From: a virus
Lineage: Duplodnaviria > Caudoviricetes
IMG/VR virus record: IMGVR_UViG_3300012944_000029
Coordinates: 1-53,777 of that record
Length of the DNA stretch: 53,777 nt
Strand: one strand, 5' to 3'
The notes below the pieces were generated by a model. That model had not been told where the DNA came from. It did not search any database and saw only the letters and a list, made by a program, of their open reading frames with translations. This document shows, piece after piece, positions 51,472 to 53,777 of the stretch (the stretch's first letter is position 1; the number at the start of each line of letters is the position of its first letter). A program made the position numbers and the translations under genes.

Positions 51472-53180
51472 GCGGTGATCTGCGTTGGTTTCTCCTGGAG
51501 GCTTGCGAACAGTTTCATAAACTTCACCCGGCAAAAGCCTGTCATGGCCAAACGCACCTGATATTCGTAAGCGTCCCTGCTAAGCTTGGTCTGGCCAGAC
51601 TCGCAGGCGATCGGTGGCTGGCCAATCTCAATCTCTGGCCGATATTGCTCCGTCCAATTCTGGAGCGTCATACAATCGGTTGTCGCTTCGCAGTTGTCGA
51701 TCGAGCCGCACTCGGTCCACTTCGCCCAATCTACCCAGCACGGGTATTGGTCCGGCTTCCATTTGAGGTCAAAGTCCACTTCCCCAGCCACCCGGTCAAT
51801 GAAGAGTGTCAATCCCTGGAGGCGCTTACGCAACGTCGTGGCGAACGAGTAGGACCCCGTCTCGAAACTCCATGTGACGCGGTTCCGTCCATTGTCGAAA
51901 CGTTCATTGCGGGTCTGCTCCCAAAGCTCGATCTGATTCTGAGGGTTCAGCACGAACATGAAACAGCGCTCCTGACCGCTGATGGTGCACTTGAGAATCT
52001 GGAGGATGTTGAGCCCAGTCCACATGCCTTCCCAAACGGGTGGAGATTTCCCCGCCATTGTCGAGAGAATATCAAAATCGAGCACACCAAGCGCCTTGTG
52101 AATGACACCATGCTCGGTCCAATACGGCTTGGCTGTCATCAGCAAGCGATTGTCGAATAGCACCGCGCTAGACCAGTTCAGGAGCGTCTGATCATCGTCA
52201 TCAAACACGCGGACAGCTTCGCCCGAGACCGGCGTGTTGCCCCAGGTCGTAAAATCACGTCTCGCCATGATCAAACTGCACACGCCAACGTTCGACCGGA
52301 AAAACATATCACCATTGACGAGAATCAGAGAGTTTTGCGACAGCGCGCCGTACTGCAGGAGCACGACCGTCTGAATCGGCGTCGTGAGATTCTTCCAAGT
52401 CGTCCGATCTGTCGGGGCCAGGTTGGTGAACATTGTGCCCGCAGTGGACACAACAATGTCGCCTTGGCCAAGAGACGTGTCGGGAATGGCAATCACGTTC
52501 ATTGCGTTGATGTCCCCGGAACTGTCCGGGACACCAAAGGCACCGCCTTCATTCAGGAACGTGTTCTCTGTCACTTTAAGCACAGCGTCACGCCGACCCA
52601 GTGACGGAGTGCCTGACGGCCCACCAAAGATGTCGCCAGCCATATAGTGCCGACCTTTGGAAAGCCACACGCGGCCTTTGGCGTAAACCATCTGGCGGCC
52701 AACTGGAAGTTCTCCAGTCAGCGCCGCCGTCCGCATAGCCGCGCCGTTGTAGATGCGGGGCTTGGACTCGTCATCCTGCATGATGAGCCAATCCTCAGCC
52801 TGCTCGAACCAGACCTGGCGGCGGGGCGATGTCAGGCCGACCGTGATTTCCTTGACGAGATTATTCGTTGAAACATTGATGCGCCATTGCCGCCCATTGA
52901 TGGACGCCACGAGCACCGGGAGTCCGTTCGGTGGATTGTACGCGCGCGCGCCTTGAAAGAATCCGTCTTGAAACGGGGCTAAAGCGTCGTCACCGGAAAA
53001 GGTGATCGGAACACGCTTCTGTCCCGGACGCCCATAAGCGAAGCCGTTGCGGACCGTGCCATTCGTGAGGAAAGCGAGTTGGTTCTTACTGATCAGCGAG
53101 ACACGGCCCGGCCGGCTGTCGATGCCACGCTCAAGGGTGGAGAACCCGTCTGTATGATAATCACGATCCCTGGCTGACAC
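51468..53180 (-). CDS. Tail nozzle / DNA stabilisation protein (P22 gp10 / T7 gp12-like)
   Basis: 570 aa beta-propeller-like sequence; N-terminal L-NG...RPG motif; position in the tail operon. Confidence 0.7.
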   Translation of the reverse strand: MSARDRDYHTDGFSTLERGIDSRPGRVSLISKNQLAFLTNGTVRNGFAYGRPGQKRVPITFSGDDALAPFQDGFFQGARAYNPPNGLPVLVASINGRQWRINVSTNNLVKEITVGLTSPRRQVWFEQAEDWLIMQDDESKPRIYNGAAMRTAALTGELPVGRQMVYAKGRVWLSKGRHYMAGDIFGGPSGTPSLGRRDAVLKVTENTFLNEGGAFGVPDSSGDINAMNVIAIPDTSLGQGDIVVSTAGTMFTNLAPTDRTTWKNLTTPIQTVVLLQYGALSQNSLILVNGDMFFRSNVGVCSLIMARRDFTTWGNTPVSGEAVRVFDDDDQTLLNWSSAVLFDNRLLMTAKPYWTEHGVIHKALGVLDFDILSTMAGKSPPVWEGMWTGLNILQILKCTISGQERCFMFVLNPQNQIELWEQTRNERFDNGRNRVTWSFETGSYSFATTLRKRLQGLTLFIDRVAGEVDFDLKWKPDQYPCWVDWAKWTECGSIDNCEATTDCMTLQNWTEQYRPEIEIGQPPIACESGQTKLSRDAYEYQVRLAMTGFCRVKFMKLFASLQEKPTQITA

Positions 53181-53186
53181 ACGATT

Positions 53187-53360
53187 TTATCCTCTCAAAT
53201 ATAACGCTTTACCTGACCCTTCAAATTGATAAATCGCAACGCCCCCATAATATGTGACTTTCATGGTGCTCTCGCCCGTTACCCAGTTCACCGATGTTCC
53301 GCACAATGGACCGCCGACCAACTCAACACGGAATAACTGACCGGCATTCGAAGTGATCAT
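53187..53360 (-). CDS. Small hypothetical protein (ELVGGPLCG motif)
   Basis: 57 aa, below the track cutoff; fills the operon gap. Confidence 0.6.
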   Translation of the reverse strand: MITSNAGQLFRVELVGGPLCGTSVNWVTGESTMKVTYYGGVAIYQFEGSGKALYLRG

Positions 53361-53362
53361 AA

Positions 53363-53654
53363 TTATGGCACCAAAACGCTGGCTTCGATGGTGAACCGCG
53401 CAGTCGAGGCCGTACCCTGCGGAGTCGTAAGCGAAAGATAAAGGATTGGGATCGTCAGCACGTCGTTGTTGGCAATGGTCAGATCGAGCACTTTGGTCGA
53501 AGTCGTCAGAGCGGAGTACACTTGCCCAGCAGCAACCACGGCAACCCCGGTCTTCGAGCCCCCCGTGTAAATCCCACCCGCGGCAGTGGTGAGGCTCGTG
53601 GATGCGCTCTCGACCGTGATGCGCCGGATAATATAGGTCGTCCAGGGAATCGGG
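53363..53654 (-). CDS. C-terminal part of the junction-spanning tail fibre-like protein
   Basis: In frame with 761->1 after circularisation (1053 nt in total). Confidence 0.8.
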
Positions 53655-53777
53655 ATGGCCTGATCCGCCGTCGTGTTCATATTGGCGCTGGCCAGCTTCC
53701 CAACATAACCGTAGCCGGGAACGGCCAGCGGCGTATTCTCCGCAATGGCCGTGATCCTCCCCTTGGTGTCCACAGTC
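53655..53777. repeat. 123-bp terminal direct repeat, right copy
   Basis: Identical to 1-123. Confidence 0.97.

Noticed and set aside
1-53777. Genome-wide stop-codon reassignment
   Set aside because: TAA, TAG and TGA all end coupled genes and the long genes are intact in code 11; only isolated internal stops occur.
1-53777. CRISPR array, tRNA, DGR/retron, integrase
   Set aside because: No periodic repeat-spacer pattern, cloverleaf, RT YxDD protein or recombinase motif was seen by eye.
53655-53777. Biological direct terminal repeat
   Set aside because: It falls mid-gene and has the size of an assembler overlap.

Overview
This window is a complete, circularly permuted ~53.65-kb tailed-phage genome; bases 1-123 repeat 53655-53777, and a tail-fibre gene runs across that join. 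The minus strand carries a podovirus-like morphogenesis set: TerS, TerL, portal, scaffold, major capsid, tail tubular/stabilisation proteins, three internal (ejection) proteins and tail fibres. Between scaffold and capsid lie two DNA methyltransferases, five glycosyltransferase-like genes plus an O-methyltransferase, a helicase/primase module and two opposite-strand HNH endonucleases. The plus strand (27.7-43 kb) carries about 40 small early genes, including ERF, a PD-(D/E)XK exonuclease, Lar and a PelA/GH114-166-like hydrolase. I found no DNA polymerase, integrase, endolysin, reverse transcriptase, tRNA or CRISPR array. The best candidates for new biology are: (1) two diverged, collinear copies of a ~200-350 nt structured non-coding element at 18.7 and 51.1-51.5 kb; (2) a gene with its own strong RBS overprinted inside the large ejection protein; (3) RusA-resolvase motifs split between two overlapping frames; (4) a Tat-motif mini-protein carrying a copy of the capsid N-terminal segment; (5) a divergent sRNA complementary to its neighbour's 5'UTR; (6) an apparent ATA start for the capsid gene. 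All family calls are from motif recognition by eye; no searches were run.
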